From Pirellulales bacterium (lineage in GTDB: Bacteria > Planctomycetota > Planctomycetia > Pirellulales > PALSA-1355): DNA of 64,000 bases. Under the pieces are notes generated by a model. That model did no database searches. It was given only the letters and a program-made list of their open reading frames with translations, and was not told the DNA's origin. Positions 1-9,958 of the stretch are shown one piece after another; the first letter of the stretch is position 1; the number at the start of each line of letters is the position of its first letter. The stretch lies in contig CAVTBU010000005.1 of NCBI GenBank assembly GCA_963733035.1, forward strand, positions 736,001 to 800,000, in the 5' to 3' direction. The position numbers and the translations under genes were made by a program.

Positions 1-1547
1 CGATGGACGGCTCGGGCCAGATCATCTTTGGCCTGCGAGGGAACGATGCCGCAGAGGGCTGCGATACTGCCTCCTAGGAATCCAGAGACGACGATCTTGC
101 CAAAGAGATAGTGCGACCAATGCGGCGCGCGATCGAGTCCGTCGACCATTAGATCTACCGTGAGCGACAACGATGCTCCCTCATGTCCGGCCACGTAGAC
201 GAAACCGGCCAGCACCACCCCGGCTACCAGGGCTAGCAGGGTGCCGATGGTCATGCACAGGACTTGGGCGATTACCGCTGGAACGAGGGCGTAGGCTTCG
301 ACGCGCCAGCCGGCCATCGCCAGAGTTTCGAGCAAACCACCGCGCACTGCCGCAGCCAGGCGCGCGGCTTGAGCGGCCCCAAGCTTGGTCGTAATCAGCC
401 CGCACGCACCCAGCGGCAGGACCACGCGCACCAGGGTATGTCCAGTCACGATCATCATCTCTGGTAGCAGCAATGGATCGAGCAATTCCGGCTTGGGGAG
501 ACGCTCAAAAATAAAATAGGCCGCGGTGCCGGCAATTAGCAGGCAGCCGACCAGACTGAAGGCATGCGTGCCCGGTCCAATCGCATCAACAACGATCCGG
601 CGCAACAAAAAAAGGGGCCGGTGCGGACCGAACAGTCCCCAGACAAACGCCAGCGGGCTGAGCGCGAAAGCGCCGAGAAGCCCCAGAGAACTGGACGCTT
701 GAGAAACGATGAATTGGGCCAGCGATTTTTTTGTCGGAACGCTTTCCAACCGCAGCCGCGCCACCGTCTTGATATCTTTAGGGCGCCCCGCCGCATCGCC
801 GACCTCGCATTCGATGATTCGGACCGCGTCTGCATCGCCCGGCCCGCAAAGTCGGAGTCCCTCGACGAACAGGTCGGGCTCATGCGTGATCACCAACACG
901 ATGCACGCGGCGCTGCGTGCCAGTTCGATCAGGGCGCTGGCCATCGCTTGCGCCGACATACTGTCGAGCGCCGAGGTGGGTTCATCGGCGATGATAACCT
1001 CGGGCATGACGTCAATCACCTGGCGGGGCAGCAGCCCGCGAACGGCCGACATGCGAATGCGCTCGCCGCCCGAGGCACTGGCCAGGCTGCGCGGCATGGA
1101 TGTCAGGCGAAACTGGCCGGCCAGACGCTCGATCTCCTCGGCGGCGACAGCGCGACCCAGGTGCGAAAAGAGCGTCAGATTGTCCGTCACCGACAAGGCG
1201 TCCACGAATCCAAGCTTCTCCGCCTGCGGCAAAAATGCGATATGAGCACGTGCCGCCGGGTAGTAAGTCGCATCATTCCAGAGCATGTGCGTACGGCCCG
1301 TTGCATCGCTAAGCGAGACCGCCGCACGGCACTCCGTGACCGGACTGGAAAGTTCGCCGAAGCCAAGCAGCGCCCGGGCAAACGAGGACTTACCGCTGCC
1401 CGAGGGACCCACGACGAGATACAGGCGGCCTGCCTCTAGCGCGCAGTCGTGGTCGAGTCGCAGCCGTCTGGCGCCCAAAGATACTTCAAGCCGACCAAGT
1501 TCCAGCTTGGGGGGCAACGATCGCTGCGTCGGCACGTCGGAATTCAT
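1..1547 (-). CDS. Fused ABC ATPase (MlaF-like) + MlaE-like permease; 3' end runs off the window
   Basis: Manual translation from ATG 1547 is open to base 1. Walker A GPSGSGKS, signature ASGGE, Walker B IIADEPTSALD and H-loop VITHE are followed in frame by hydrophobic MlaE-like segments (LPLGACGLITTKLGAAQAARL...LETLAMAG...LVPAVIA). Absent from the ORF track because no stop lies in the window. Confidence 0.8.
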   Translation of the reverse strand, partial: MNSDVPTQRSLPPKLELGRLEVSLGARRLRLDHDCALEAGRLYLVVGPSGSGKSSFARALLGFGELSSPVTECRAAVSLSDATGRTHMLWNDATYYPAARAHIAFLPQAEKLGFVDALSVTDNLTLFSHLGRAVAAEEIERLAGQFRLTSMPRSLASASGGERIRMSAVRGLLPRQVIDVMPEVIIADEPTSALDSMSAQAMASALIELARSAACIVLVITHEPDLFVEGLRLCGPGDADAVRIIECEVGDAAGRPKDIKTVARLRLESVPTKKSLAQFIVSQASSSLGLLGAFALSPLAFVWGLFGPHRPLFLLRRIVVDAIGPGTHAFSLVGCLLIAGTAAYFIFERLPKPELLDPLLLPEMMIVTGHTLVRVVLPLGACGLITTKLGAAQAARLAAAVRGGLLETLAMAGWRVEAYALVPAVIAQVLCMTIGTLLALVAGVVLAGFVYVAGHEGASLSLTVDLMVDGLDRAPHWSHYLFGKIVVSGFLGGSIAALCGIVPSQAKDDLARAVH

Positions 1548-1581
1548 GAATGGTCATTGCGCCGAGGATCGGTGCACCCAA

Positions 1582-2778
1582 TTAGCGGAGTAGCGGTTGA
1601 TAAACGAACTCGTTGGATTCGTCGCCAGCGGTCGGTGCCAAGATGAGCAGCGGCGCCGTGCTGATATCCAAGTAGCTGCGGAGAATGAAGGCGAACTGCA
1701 GGCGTGGCCCCCCCTCACGATTCAGCAGGCGTCGCTCGGAGAAGTCGCGGACGTAGGTTTCAATGGCGGCGATGACTTCCTTCTGATGCGCTTGCCAGGC
1801 CGGTTCGACAACACGCTCATAGAGCCGACCGGACCAGCGATCCGTAAATGCCTTGTCGAAATCCGCGCGTTGCGCATCCACCGACTTCTTGAATGCCTCG
1901 ATGATCTGCCCGCGGTGCTCATTCCAGAACGCCAACACTTCTTCCTCCAAGGCGGCCTTGAGGGCGTTGCTCATCTCGGCCGACAGAAACGGACGGACCG
2001 GCGCGTCCTTGCTCATTTCGATACCCTGCAGCCACGACCACCAGTCGACGGCGCTCTTGGCCAGGCCGACGACGTTGCCGCTGGTGGCTCGCAGCGCACT
2101 GCCGGCAATTCCCTGCACGCCGACAATGGTCCAGGCCCGACGGGCCAGTCGCTCGATGAGTTCGCCTTCGAGTGGCTCGATGGATTCGCGCAGGCTGGCG
2201 GCAAACCGCGCCAGGAGTTCGGCATCCTCGGATTCTGGATCGGTAAGATCGCTGGAAATCTCTCTGACCAATCCGTCCATGATCTCCGGCAGGAGGTTCT
2301 GGCGGATGCTCGGCCAAACAGTATCGCGTGCCAGCGTGGCCTCCTCGGTCGGCGTGTTGGGGCTAACCAACAGCCGCACGGCATCGCTAAGACTGAGCGA
2401 CGCGGGCGCCCCTTTCAAGACGCCGCCCTGCCGCGACACGGGGGCGCTGTTGGCGCTGAGGCGAATCGTCAGGTTGTCTTCACGGCCACCGATCGACTGC
2501 ACATCGACAACGCGACCAATTACCTGGGCGATGCCGTCCTCGCGCTGGCGGTAAACCAGCGTGCCCACGCGAGGCAACAATGCGGCCGGAACCTGAACGT
2601 GAATGATTTGCCGAGCCGGCAGGAACTGCTCACGCGCCAGATCGCGCGCCCCGGCCAGCGTGCGGTCGGCAGCCGACGTACGGGCCAGTAGCGCTAGGGC
2701 GACGAGCAACGACAAAACCACCGCGCATCCGGCAGTCAGCCGAACGTACTGTTGCCATCGATACGAGCGGTCCCACAT
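1582..2778 (-). CDS. Membrane-anchored protein, probable divergent MCE/MlaD-like component
   Basis: N-terminal TM helix, then LLPRVGTLVY...VIGRVVDVQ resembling the MCE G-x-x-V / IG-x-V pattern, then a long helical region. Directly upstream of the MlaF-MlaE fusion. Confidence 0.5.
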   Translation of the reverse strand: MWDRSYRWQQYVRLTAGCAVVLSLLVALALLARTSAADRTLAGARDLAREQFLPARQIIHVQVPAALLPRVGTLVYRQREDGIAQVIGRVVDVQSIGGREDNLTIRLSANSAPVSRQGGVLKGAPASLSLSDAVRLLVSPNTPTEEATLARDTVWPSIRQNLLPEIMDGLVREISSDLTDPESEDAELLARFAASLRESIEPLEGELIERLARRAWTIVGVQGIAGSALRATSGNVVGLAKSAVDWWSWLQGIEMSKDAPVRPFLSAEMSNALKAALEEEVLAFWNEHRGQIIEAFKKSVDAQRADFDKAFTDRWSGRLYERVVEPAWQAHQKEVIAAIETYVRDFSERRLLNREGGPRLQFAFILRSYLDISTAPLLILAPTAGDESNEFVYQPLLR

Positions 2779-3034
2779 GACCAGTCCACTCCTGCGACCA
2801 CCTGCGACTGACGCTGTTGTACCCCTCTCGCCAGCGCACGGGCAAGACGGACATGCGAGAGCCTGATCAGGAGCAGGGATGTGGAAGCCGGGGCCGGTAA
2901 CCCGCCGAGGGCACTATTTCACGTTCAAGTGACCTCGCCTGTCGGCAATCCAAGTGGGTAAATCGCTGGTGCCGACTGACCAAAACGTGGTTGCCCAGCA
3001 GCGCGACGGGCCTGCCCTTCAACGATACATCGCA

Positions 3035-4921
3035 TCAGGGACGGCGGGTAATTGCCGCCGACTGCTCGGGCTTGGCGGCTGCCTTATCGGCTGGCGCTGC
3101 GACCGCCGACTTGGCCCGGTTTTTCTCCGCCAACTTGGCGGGCAGACTGGGTGTTTCCTCGACGGTCGTCCGCACGAACCAGCCGATCATCATTTCGTCC
3201 CAGGTCTGCTCGCCCCAACCGACCGCTTGGGTGGGGTCGGGGTTGGCGAGATTATCCTCGGAGTTGTCGAAATGCGCCGTGCAATAAAGCTTGGCTCCCT
3301 TGGGCACGAACTTCGGTTCGGCGAGCACGTACGTGTTTTGCCAATTGAAGTCGTAGCGGGGAATGTCTAACAGCGTTTCGACCTTGCCATCGGGATAGTG
3401 CAAGTCATATCGGAACGCCTTGCCGCGCAGATGCAGGTGGGGCATGAACGACAAGAGCAACGTATCCTCGCGGAACCGTCGCCACGAGGTAACCTCATAG
3501 TCACTCGCTCCGGCGGGAATCTTGAAGGACATGTTAATCGCCAGGTCGGTTTGCACTTCGCGAGTAACCGTGCTGGGATCGGCATAGACCAAACCCACGG
3601 AACTCAAATCTTCCTGTTCGGCGCCGTTGGCAGTGTAGTGCATTTGGAAAAGCAGTTTGGACCCGGCCTCAATGCGCTTCGCCATGCCTTTTGGGCAACG
3701 CGTCGGCGGATTGCCGGGCGCCGTGCCGACCAGCAGATCGCGAGACCCCATGCCTTCACCCATCTGCGTAACGCGTTCGCCTGGCGGCACGATGAACACA
3801 ATAATGTGGTGGACGACGGCGCTGTTGCCGGGACGGGCCTCCGCCTCGCTGACCCACACGTCCTCGGTGAAGCCCGGATCGACGACGAAGTATTGGTATT
3901 CGACTTTCCCCTCGGCCGGAATATGGAACGGCTTGTCGGCCATCGCAATCACGCGATCGGGCTTGGAGATTTGCCAGCCCGGCGTGAATTCCTTGGGCGC
4001 GGGTAGATCGCGGGGATCTCCTTCAGGCGCGCCTGCATCCACCCAGGCAGCGATCAATTCTTTCTCTTGGTCGCTGAGTCGGCAATCGTTAGAGAACGTG
4101 CCGACCTTGGGATCGGCGTGCCAGGGCGGCATCCGATTTTCTCGCACGACTTCATCGATCATTGGCGCCCAACCCACCACTTCGTCGTAACTCGACAGGC
4201 TAAAGGGAGCGATTTCTCCCTCGCGATGACAGTTCACGCAACGATCCTGAAAGAGTCGCGAGATCTGGTTCGAGAAGGTGACTTCCGATTTCTCGTCCGC
4301 TGGTTGCACGCGGCCGATCAGGCAACCCGGAGCGCGAGTCACGGATTTGGCGACTTCGCTACCGGCGAGCAGTTGGTCGATTGCGTCGGCCAACTCGCGC
4401 TCGACCGCCTCTTTGCGCTGATAGCCAACGCCCGTTTGAAAGCCGTATTGGTCGTCGATGCGGCCGCGATAGCGAACCACACGGTTGGCATCGAGCACGA
4501 ACGCCTCGGGCGTGCGCTGGGCACGGAACTTGTCGGCCACGCCGTTACCTGAGTCTTTGAGGAAGGGAATCGTCATCCGATAGGTCCGAGCGAAGTGCGA
4601 CATCTCGGCCAGCGAATCCTGGGCGTTTGAGTCAATGGCCAAGAAGACAACTCCCCGATCGCCATATTCCTCGGCCAGCTCCGATAGACGTGGCGCGTAG
4701 AGTTTTGCCAAGGGACACTCGACGCCCATAAACGTCACAACCACCAGCGGCGCATCTTTCAGGTCGGCCAAGGTGTAGGTGACCCCTTGGAGGTCCTTGA
4801 GTGCGAATTGGTCCACCGCGTGGCCAACGGTGGCGGGCTGCGCTGGAACGGCGACGACCGATTGAACCGTCACCAGGCAGATACAAAATAGGGTAGCGAT
4901 GACAACGCTTATTGGTCGCAT
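3035..4921 (-). CDS. Exported redoxin (AhpC/TSA) + CxxCH + Cu-monooxygenase-like domain protein
   Basis: Signal peptide from ATG 4921; ECPLA and YRGRIDDQY redoxin motifs; CVNCH; VVHH, PHLHLRG and DEM putative copper ligands. Confidence 0.8.
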   Translation of the reverse strand: MRPISVVIATLFCICLVTVQSVVAVPAQPATVGHAVDQFALKDLQGVTYTLADLKDAPLVVVTFMGVECPLAKLYAPRLSELAEEYGDRGVVFLAIDSNAQDSLAEMSHFARTYRMTIPFLKDSGNGVADKFRAQRTPEAFVLDANRVVRYRGRIDDQYGFQTGVGYQRKEAVERELADAIDQLLAGSEVAKSVTRAPGCLIGRVQPADEKSEVTFSNQISRLFQDRCVNCHREGEIAPFSLSSYDEVVGWAPMIDEVVRENRMPPWHADPKVGTFSNDCRLSDQEKELIAAWVDAGAPEGDPRDLPAPKEFTPGWQISKPDRVIAMADKPFHIPAEGKVEYQYFVVDPGFTEDVWVSEAEARPGNSAVVHHIIVFIVPPGERVTQMGEGMGSRDLLVGTAPGNPPTRCPKGMAKRIEAGSKLLFQMHYTANGAEQEDLSSVGLVYADPSTVTREVQTDLAINMSFKIPAGASDYEVTSWRRFREDTLLLSFMPHLHLRGKAFRYDLHYPDGKVETLLDIPRYDFNWQNTYVLAEPKFVPKGAKLYCTAHFDNSEDNLANPDPTQAVGWGEQTWDEMMIGWFVRTTVEETPSLPAKLAEKNRAKSAVAAPADKAAAKPEQSAAITRRP

Positions 4922-5039
4922 GGCACTCGAGCCTCGCTGAGGGTAAGGAGGTTGGCGTCCGGCGATCGAGATGCGAGCAAAGTCCGCACGCATATCGGGT
5001 CATTCCCTCGTGCAAGCACTTTGTGTGCCAGAAATAGAA

Positions 5040-5067
5040 TTGACGTTCTGTTTTTTTGTGTTACGAT
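5040..5067 (+). promoter_or_regulatory. Possible sigma70-type promoter TTGACG-N16-TACGAT
   Basis: Near-consensus -35/-10 in the AT-rich divergent intergenic region upstream of 5337. Confidence 0.3.
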
Positions 5068-5336
5068 GCAAGCTATTACAAATGCGACATTTACAACCAT
5101 CGCAACGGATCCAAACAGGTCAACATTGAGTGCGACGACTCGCCGCGCAGGACTCCGTATCGCACATACGTGTGCGGTGCGCTGCGCGCTGATAAGTCGC
5201 GGCAACGCGCGATCTTGGGAGAATAGACACGTATGACCCCGTTCGGGTGCCCCTCGACGCGGACATTCAAATTCGTACTGACACAGCCGCACAGATAAAT
5301 CCGGGCCCAATCGTGATCCGGCGTGGTTAGGCCGAG

Positions 5337-5837
5337 ATGAACTCAATGATCCAAACGCACTGGCAGGTCGAGGCGGTCAGAGCGCTGCTGGAAGACTACG
5401 CCCAGCGCGGCGTGTTTCGAGGTTTCTGCGCTGGAGGAGCGCGGCGCGGCAAAGCCGCGTTTAGAATGATCTGGCATCGGAACCGCCCCTTCGAATTGAT
5501 CGTGGATTCCGAACAAGGAGAGCTGCGGTTCGCAAACATCTTGCCGAACGTCCCCGCCGACTCGGCGATGTATCGCGACCTGAAGAAATACGTCAAACAG
5601 CGCCATCATGATGCGTTGCCAGAGCACCGGCGAATCGACCAAGCGAAGGCACAAGTCCGCACGTACAATCGACAGGGTAACGTGTCGCTCGTGCTCAAGT
5701 TGACCGGCGATGATTTTGAATACGGTACGCGGAAGTTAGTCCATCTGGTGCAGGAGATCTTCCTGGATTTCCTCGTCGAAGGAACTTGCCTTGAATACAC
5801 CGTGGAAACGTTTGAACTCGATCCAGACCACATCTGA
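5337..5837 (+). CDS. Hypothetical protein
   Basis: 166-aa ORF with normal protein composition; first gene of a + strand trio; no family recognised. Confidence 0.7.
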   Translation: MNSMIQTHWQVEAVRALLEDYAQRGVFRGFCAGGARRGKAAFRMIWHRNRPFELIVDSEQGELRFANILPNVPADSAMYRDLKKYVKQRHHDALPEHRRIDQAKAQVRTYNRQGNVSLVLKLTGDDFEYGTRKLVHLVQEIFLDFLVEGTCLEYTVETFELDPDHI

Positions 5838-5887
5838 ACGACCGCCATCCTAGATTCTGGAATAGAGCCGCCCTAGGGGAAAACAAA

Positions 5888-6358
5888 ATGCCGAAACGAA
5901 CGGCCACCTGGATTGTCGCTGGCCTGCTATTCGTCGCCACGACCATACTTTTGCCGAGTAGAAGTTCCGCGGAAGGTCCCTCCTCGCAGGACGACGACGG
6001 CCGCTTGACCCAGGAGGAGGCAAAGCAGCTCAAGAATCCGGTCCCGTTCAGCAAGGCTTCGATTGCCCGCGGGAAGATCCTTTATTTGCGCGACTGCACC
6101 GAGTGTCATGGGGCCGACGGCAAATCGCAGGTCGACGTAATCGCCAATGCCACGGATTTGACCGATCCGCGGTATTGGGCTAGTGGAACGACCGAGGGAG
6201 AGGTGTTCCGCAGCATTCGCGACGGCGCGGGCGATTCGATGCCGCCGTTTAGCGACAAGATCGACAAGGAGGAGGACCTCTGGCACATGGTTAATTTTGT
6301 CCAAAGTCTTTGGCCGCAGTCCGCCAGACCTAAAATCGTGGAATCACCAGCAAACTAG
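5888..6358 (+). CDS. Monoheme c-type cytochrome
   Basis: Signal peptide, LKNP...RGKILY motif, CTECH heme motif, distal SMPPF methionine. Confidence 0.9.
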   Translation: MPKRTATWIVAGLLFVATTILLPSRSSAEGPSSQDDDGRLTQEEAKQLKNPVPFSKASIARGKILYLRDCTECHGADGKSQVDVIANATDLTDPRYWASGTTEGEVFRSIRDGAGDSMPPFSDKIDKEEDLWHMVNFVQSLWPQSARPKIVESPAN

Positions 6359-6395
6359 ACGCTCGCCAAAACCAGCCAGCCCAGGAGTTGTAACG

Positions 6396-8366
6396 ATGAA
6401 GCGCGACAGCAAACCCAGCGGCGACCAGGCCAACCAGCCGGATGCGACGCGGCGGTCCTTTCTTCTTTCGTCCGCCGTCGGAGCCGGAGCCATTGTGGCT
6501 GGAGTCGTGGAAAACGCCCAGGCGCACGCCGGCGCGACGAGCATTCCCTCGATCACGATTCCCAAGGAAATCCCCGAGTCGATAAACGAAGCCCCCAAGC
6601 CGGGCTCGTTCGAGGGGCGCGGCATGACGGGCGCTGAGGTGTTCGCCTCGCTCTGCAAGCAGGAAGAGTTGGCGGCGATGTTTTGCTGCCCGGGCAACTA
6701 CACCGTGATCAACGCTATCGCGGCGGCCGGCATTCCCAGCTTTGGCGGCCGCACGGAAGGAGCCATGTGCGCCGCGGCCGACGGCTTTTCTCGCGCCACC
6801 GGCCAGGTCACCGCCTGCTCGGGAACCGAAGGGCCGGGGCTGACCCACATGATCATGAACATCGCCTCGGCGGCGGCGGCGCGTACGCCCCTGCTGGTGC
6901 TGGCCAGCAACATGCAAATCGCGGGGGACGATCGTGAGGCCTTCATTCAAACGGGCTATCAGCAGCCGATCACAACCGGCATGAAGAAATATGGCAAGCG
7001 GTTGATCGCGCCGGACCGCGTCTGGGAATATGGCGGCTACGCTTTCCGAAACCTGAAGTCTGGCGTGCCCAGCCCCGTGCATTTGGACTTTCCTGGCGAA
7101 GTCGCCAGGGCTCGCTTCACCGATCCGGCGTCGCTGAAAGACTACTACACCAAGGATAAATACCGTAGCGAGTCGGAAATGCACCCCGATCCGGCCGACG
7201 TGAAGAAGGCGGTGGAAATGATCGGCCGCGCCGAACGCCCGCTCGTCATTGCCGGTCAGGGTGTGTTTCAGAACAAGGGCTGGGACGCGCTGCTGAAGGC
7301 CGCGGAGAAGAATGATCTGGCCGTGGTTACCTCCGGGCCCACGCGCGGGCATTTTCCCGACGATCATCGCCTCTCGGTAAGTCTGGCTCCCGATGCCATG
7401 ATGAGCGCCGACCTGGTGGTCTTCGTGGGTCAGTATTGCATGCCGAGCCCCGGCGAGTTCCGCTTCAACCCCGATGTGAAGGCCATTCGCGTTCATCCGG
7501 TGCCGGAAGATTTGGGCCGCAACTGGCCGCTGGAACTCGGCATCGTGAGCACCGAGCGGGCCTTCTTGGAGGCCCTGGCCGAAAGCCTGCCCAAGCGTTC
7601 GCGCGATGCCTGGGTGAGCGAGTTGGCGGCCGCGCGCGACAAGTTCGACAAGTACATACACGACCAGTACGAGATGGGCTTGAAGCACAGCCAAAAGACT
7701 GAACGGTTGCACCCGGCCGTGCTCTGCAAGGAAGTTCATGATTTCCTTTACAAGGGTGATCTCGATCCGAAGCAAACGGTGACCGGCTGGGGCGGCTGGA
7801 CGATTGGCACTTATGCGGGGCGTTGGTTACGCGCCTTCCGCCCGGCTCAAGAGATCGTGTGTCCTTACCAATATGGCGCCATTGGACCAGACGTGGCGAT
7901 GATGATTGGTGCCAGCGCCGCCGTGCAGGAAGGTGTCGGCCCGCAAGCGGCTTACAAGGGGGCCCCGACGGTTTGCGTGAGCAGCGATGCAGGCATCGCG
8001 CATAGCTTGTTCGACCTGGATACGGCGGCCAAGTACAAGCTGCCGGTGATCGCGGTTATTTACAACAATGATTGTTGGGGCATGTGGCCCGCCGCCGTAT
8101 CGTCGGCGCGCTCGATGCACATGTACCTCTTCCAGCAGAACCTCAGGTACGACCAGTTGGCAGAAGGTCTTGGCGCCCGCGGCGAATACGTGAGCACGCC
8201 GGAAGAATTGCGCGAAGCACTGAAGCGCAGCTACCAGGCGGCGGACAAGGACCGCGCTTCGACGCTGATCAATTGCCAGGCTATCAAGGAGTTCACCTCC
8301 GCGCGCGATTACCCGCCAGGCGTGTCACTCAACCCCGAGCCCGGCTGCGGCGCGGTGGCGCACTAG
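6396..8366 (+). CDS. Thiamine-diphosphate-dependent enzyme (AHAS/POX superfamily) with Tat signal peptide
   Basis: AGGAG RBS before ATG 6396; TRRSFL plus AQA signal; TEGAMCAAADG, GPG, PVHLDFP; variant ThDP motif SDAG...NN. Confidence 0.85.
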   Translation: MKRDSKPSGDQANQPDATRRSFLLSSAVGAGAIVAGVVENAQAHAGATSIPSITIPKEIPESINEAPKPGSFEGRGMTGAEVFASLCKQEELAAMFCCPGNYTVINAIAAAGIPSFGGRTEGAMCAAADGFSRATGQVTACSGTEGPGLTHMIMNIASAAAARTPLLVLASNMQIAGDDREAFIQTGYQQPITTGMKKYGKRLIAPDRVWEYGGYAFRNLKSGVPSPVHLDFPGEVARARFTDPASLKDYYTKDKYRSESEMHPDPADVKKAVEMIGRAERPLVIAGQGVFQNKGWDALLKAAEKNDLAVVTSGPTRGHFPDDHRLSVSLAPDAMMSADLVVFVGQYCMPSPGEFRFNPDVKAIRVHPVPEDLGRNWPLELGIVSTERAFLEALAESLPKRSRDAWVSELAAARDKFDKYIHDQYEMGLKHSQKTERLHPAVLCKEVHDFLYKGDLDPKQTVTGWGGWTIGTYAGRWLRAFRPAQEIVCPYQYGAIGPDVAMMIGASAAVQEGVGPQAAYKGAPTVCVSSDAGIAHSLFDLDTAAKYKLPVIAVIYNNDCWGMWPAAVSSARSMHMYLFQQNLRYDQLAEGLGARGEYVSTPEELREALKRSYQAADKDRASTLINCQAIKEFTSARDYPPGVSLNPEPGCGAVAH

Positions 8367-8459
8367 CAAGATTTGAACTCCCTGAAATTATCAAAGTGGC
8401 ACTGCCGGCTTTTCCGCACATGGCAGCGCCAAACTTTGCAACTCGGGGCTTACAGCGAG

Positions 8460-8533
8460 TATCCGCGACTGGACTCGAACCAGTAACCTTCGGCTTCGGA
8501 GGCCGACGCTCTATCCAATTGAGCTACGCGGAC
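8460..8533 (-). tRNA. tRNA-Arg(CCG), CCA not encoded
   Basis: Cloverleaf GTCCGCG-TA-GCTC AATTGGATA GAGC-G-TCGGC CTCCGAA GCCGA-AGGTT-ACTGG TTCGAGT CCAGT-CGCGGAT-A. Confidence 0.95.
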
Positions 8534-8561
8534 AAGACGTTCAAGTATAACGACTTGCAGC

Positions 8562-9345
8562 CTAGGCGGAAGACCCGGCGGGGTGTCTAGTCACCGGCGT
8601 GATCACGGGTCGGCTCGGCGGCAATCGGCGGCCGCGATACACGACAACCGGCGAGCCGTCGGCAAGGAAAGCTGACACCGGCGGAGCGGTTAGTGCCTCA
8701 GCGAACGATGCGCCGTAAAGGGTCGCGACCTCGCCAGTAAAGCATGCCGTGCGAGCGGGCCACAACTTCCAGCGCCGATGTTCGACCTGGTACTCCACGG
8801 TCGCGCGTCCTGGCCCGCCCGAGTAGCCCCAGTAGTGTTCGATGATGAATTCGTCGAGCGAGTCGGGCGAGGCCACGTGACCGTCTCCGTCGGCGCAGCA
8901 TTACGAGCCGGCACTCGCGGCCGGACCAGCGCCAACAGTAGCTGGCCTCAAAGGCCCCGCCGCTTGCACACTCGATCGCGTGCCCCATGGGTACGGTGGC
9001 GTAGTTCTCGCCGTACAGGCTCCGAGCGACCCAGGACACGGCCCGGCGCGGCACCAGCTCGCGCAAAAAACAGACTCCGCGCCGCCAGCCGTCATTCACG
9101 CGCCGCCGAATATAGAACCGCAGGTTCACTTCCTCAAAGTTGCGGTGGAACGGAATCGCGTAGCCGCAAACGCGGGTGTCGCGAAACTCAAACCCGACCA
9201 GGCTGATCAGGGCGCGGCCTTGCCAGAGGTCCAATTCGGTGCCCCACGGCACATGGGGCGCGAGGATGTCGGAGTCGATCTCGTAGTTGACGACCACCAG
9301 GTTGCGCCACTGGGCCGTAAGAAATGCAGTCGGATTGCGCTCCAT
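8562..9345 (-). CDS. YqjF/DUF2071 family protein, frameshifted near 8880-8910
   Basis: N half FLTAQWRNL...FEEVNLRFY and C half SLDEFIIEHYWGY...YQVEH lie in different frames. Confidence 0.8.
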
Positions 9346-9497
9346 CGTGAACCTCCGTCGAGTTACCAACCGCAAACGCCCAAAGTCGTTCACATCTTCG
9401 GCTTTGCTCGAATTGCTGGGGTATTAAACCGCAGGCTGCCGACGCGGACCACACCACTCCCAAACCCACGCCGAAAAATTTCTTCTGGCCTTGTAGC

Positions 9498-9545
9498 TTG
9501 ACTTTGCCAAGCGACATCTATAAAACCAAATTTAGTTAACCAAAT
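9498..9545 (+). promoter_or_regulatory. Putative promoter plus BlaI-type operator (near-palindrome AACCAAATTTAGTT, 9524-9537)
   Basis: TTGACT-N17-TAAAAC overlapped by a 12/14 palindrome just upstream of the BlaI-family gene; AACCAAAT repeats at 9538. Confidence 0.45.
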
Positions 9546-9577
9546 CACAATCCACGGCCGAACGCGAGACAGACGTG

Positions 9578-9958
9578 ATGGCACGCCCCGCCAAAGAATT
9601 GACCGAACGGGAACTGGAAGTCCTGCAGATCTTTTGGAAGCAGGGCCAGATCACGGCCCAGCAGGCTCGCGATGCGTTGGCCGAGGGGGGCGTCGATCGG
9701 GCGTACACGACAATTGCCACGCTGGTAAGGATCCTGAACGACAAGGGATACCTGGAGCAAACCACCACCGAGCGACCGTTTCTGTATCGGGCCGTTCGTT
9801 CGTACGAAGAGGTCTCTCGCAACTTGTTGGGCGACCTGGTGGACCGCGTATTTGGCGGCTCCCGCGAGCAACTGCTGATGCGGCTGTTGGATCAAAAGAA
9901 GCTCACGGCAAAAGAGCGGGCACGCCTGGAACAGATTCTACGGGAGAACCAAAAATGA
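9578..9958 (+). CDS. BlaI/MecI/CopY family transcriptional repressor
   Basis: LTERELEVLQIFW, AYTTIATLVRILNDKG, VFGGS motifs. Confidence 0.92.
   Translation: MARPAKELTERELEVLQIFWKQGQITAQQARDALAEGGVDRAYTTIATLVRILNDKGYLEQTTTERPFLYRAVRSYEEVSRNLLGDLVDRVFGGSREQLLMRLLDQKKLTAKERARLEQILRENQK

Noticed and set aside
564..1439. 291-aa + strand ORF (likewise 1597-2691, 6330-7775, 26522-27682, 39127-40146)
   Set aside because: Antisense shadows of well-supported genes in high-GC DNA.
8460..8533. tRNA-anchored genomic island
   Set aside because: No integrase and no duplicated tRNA 3' end noticed.
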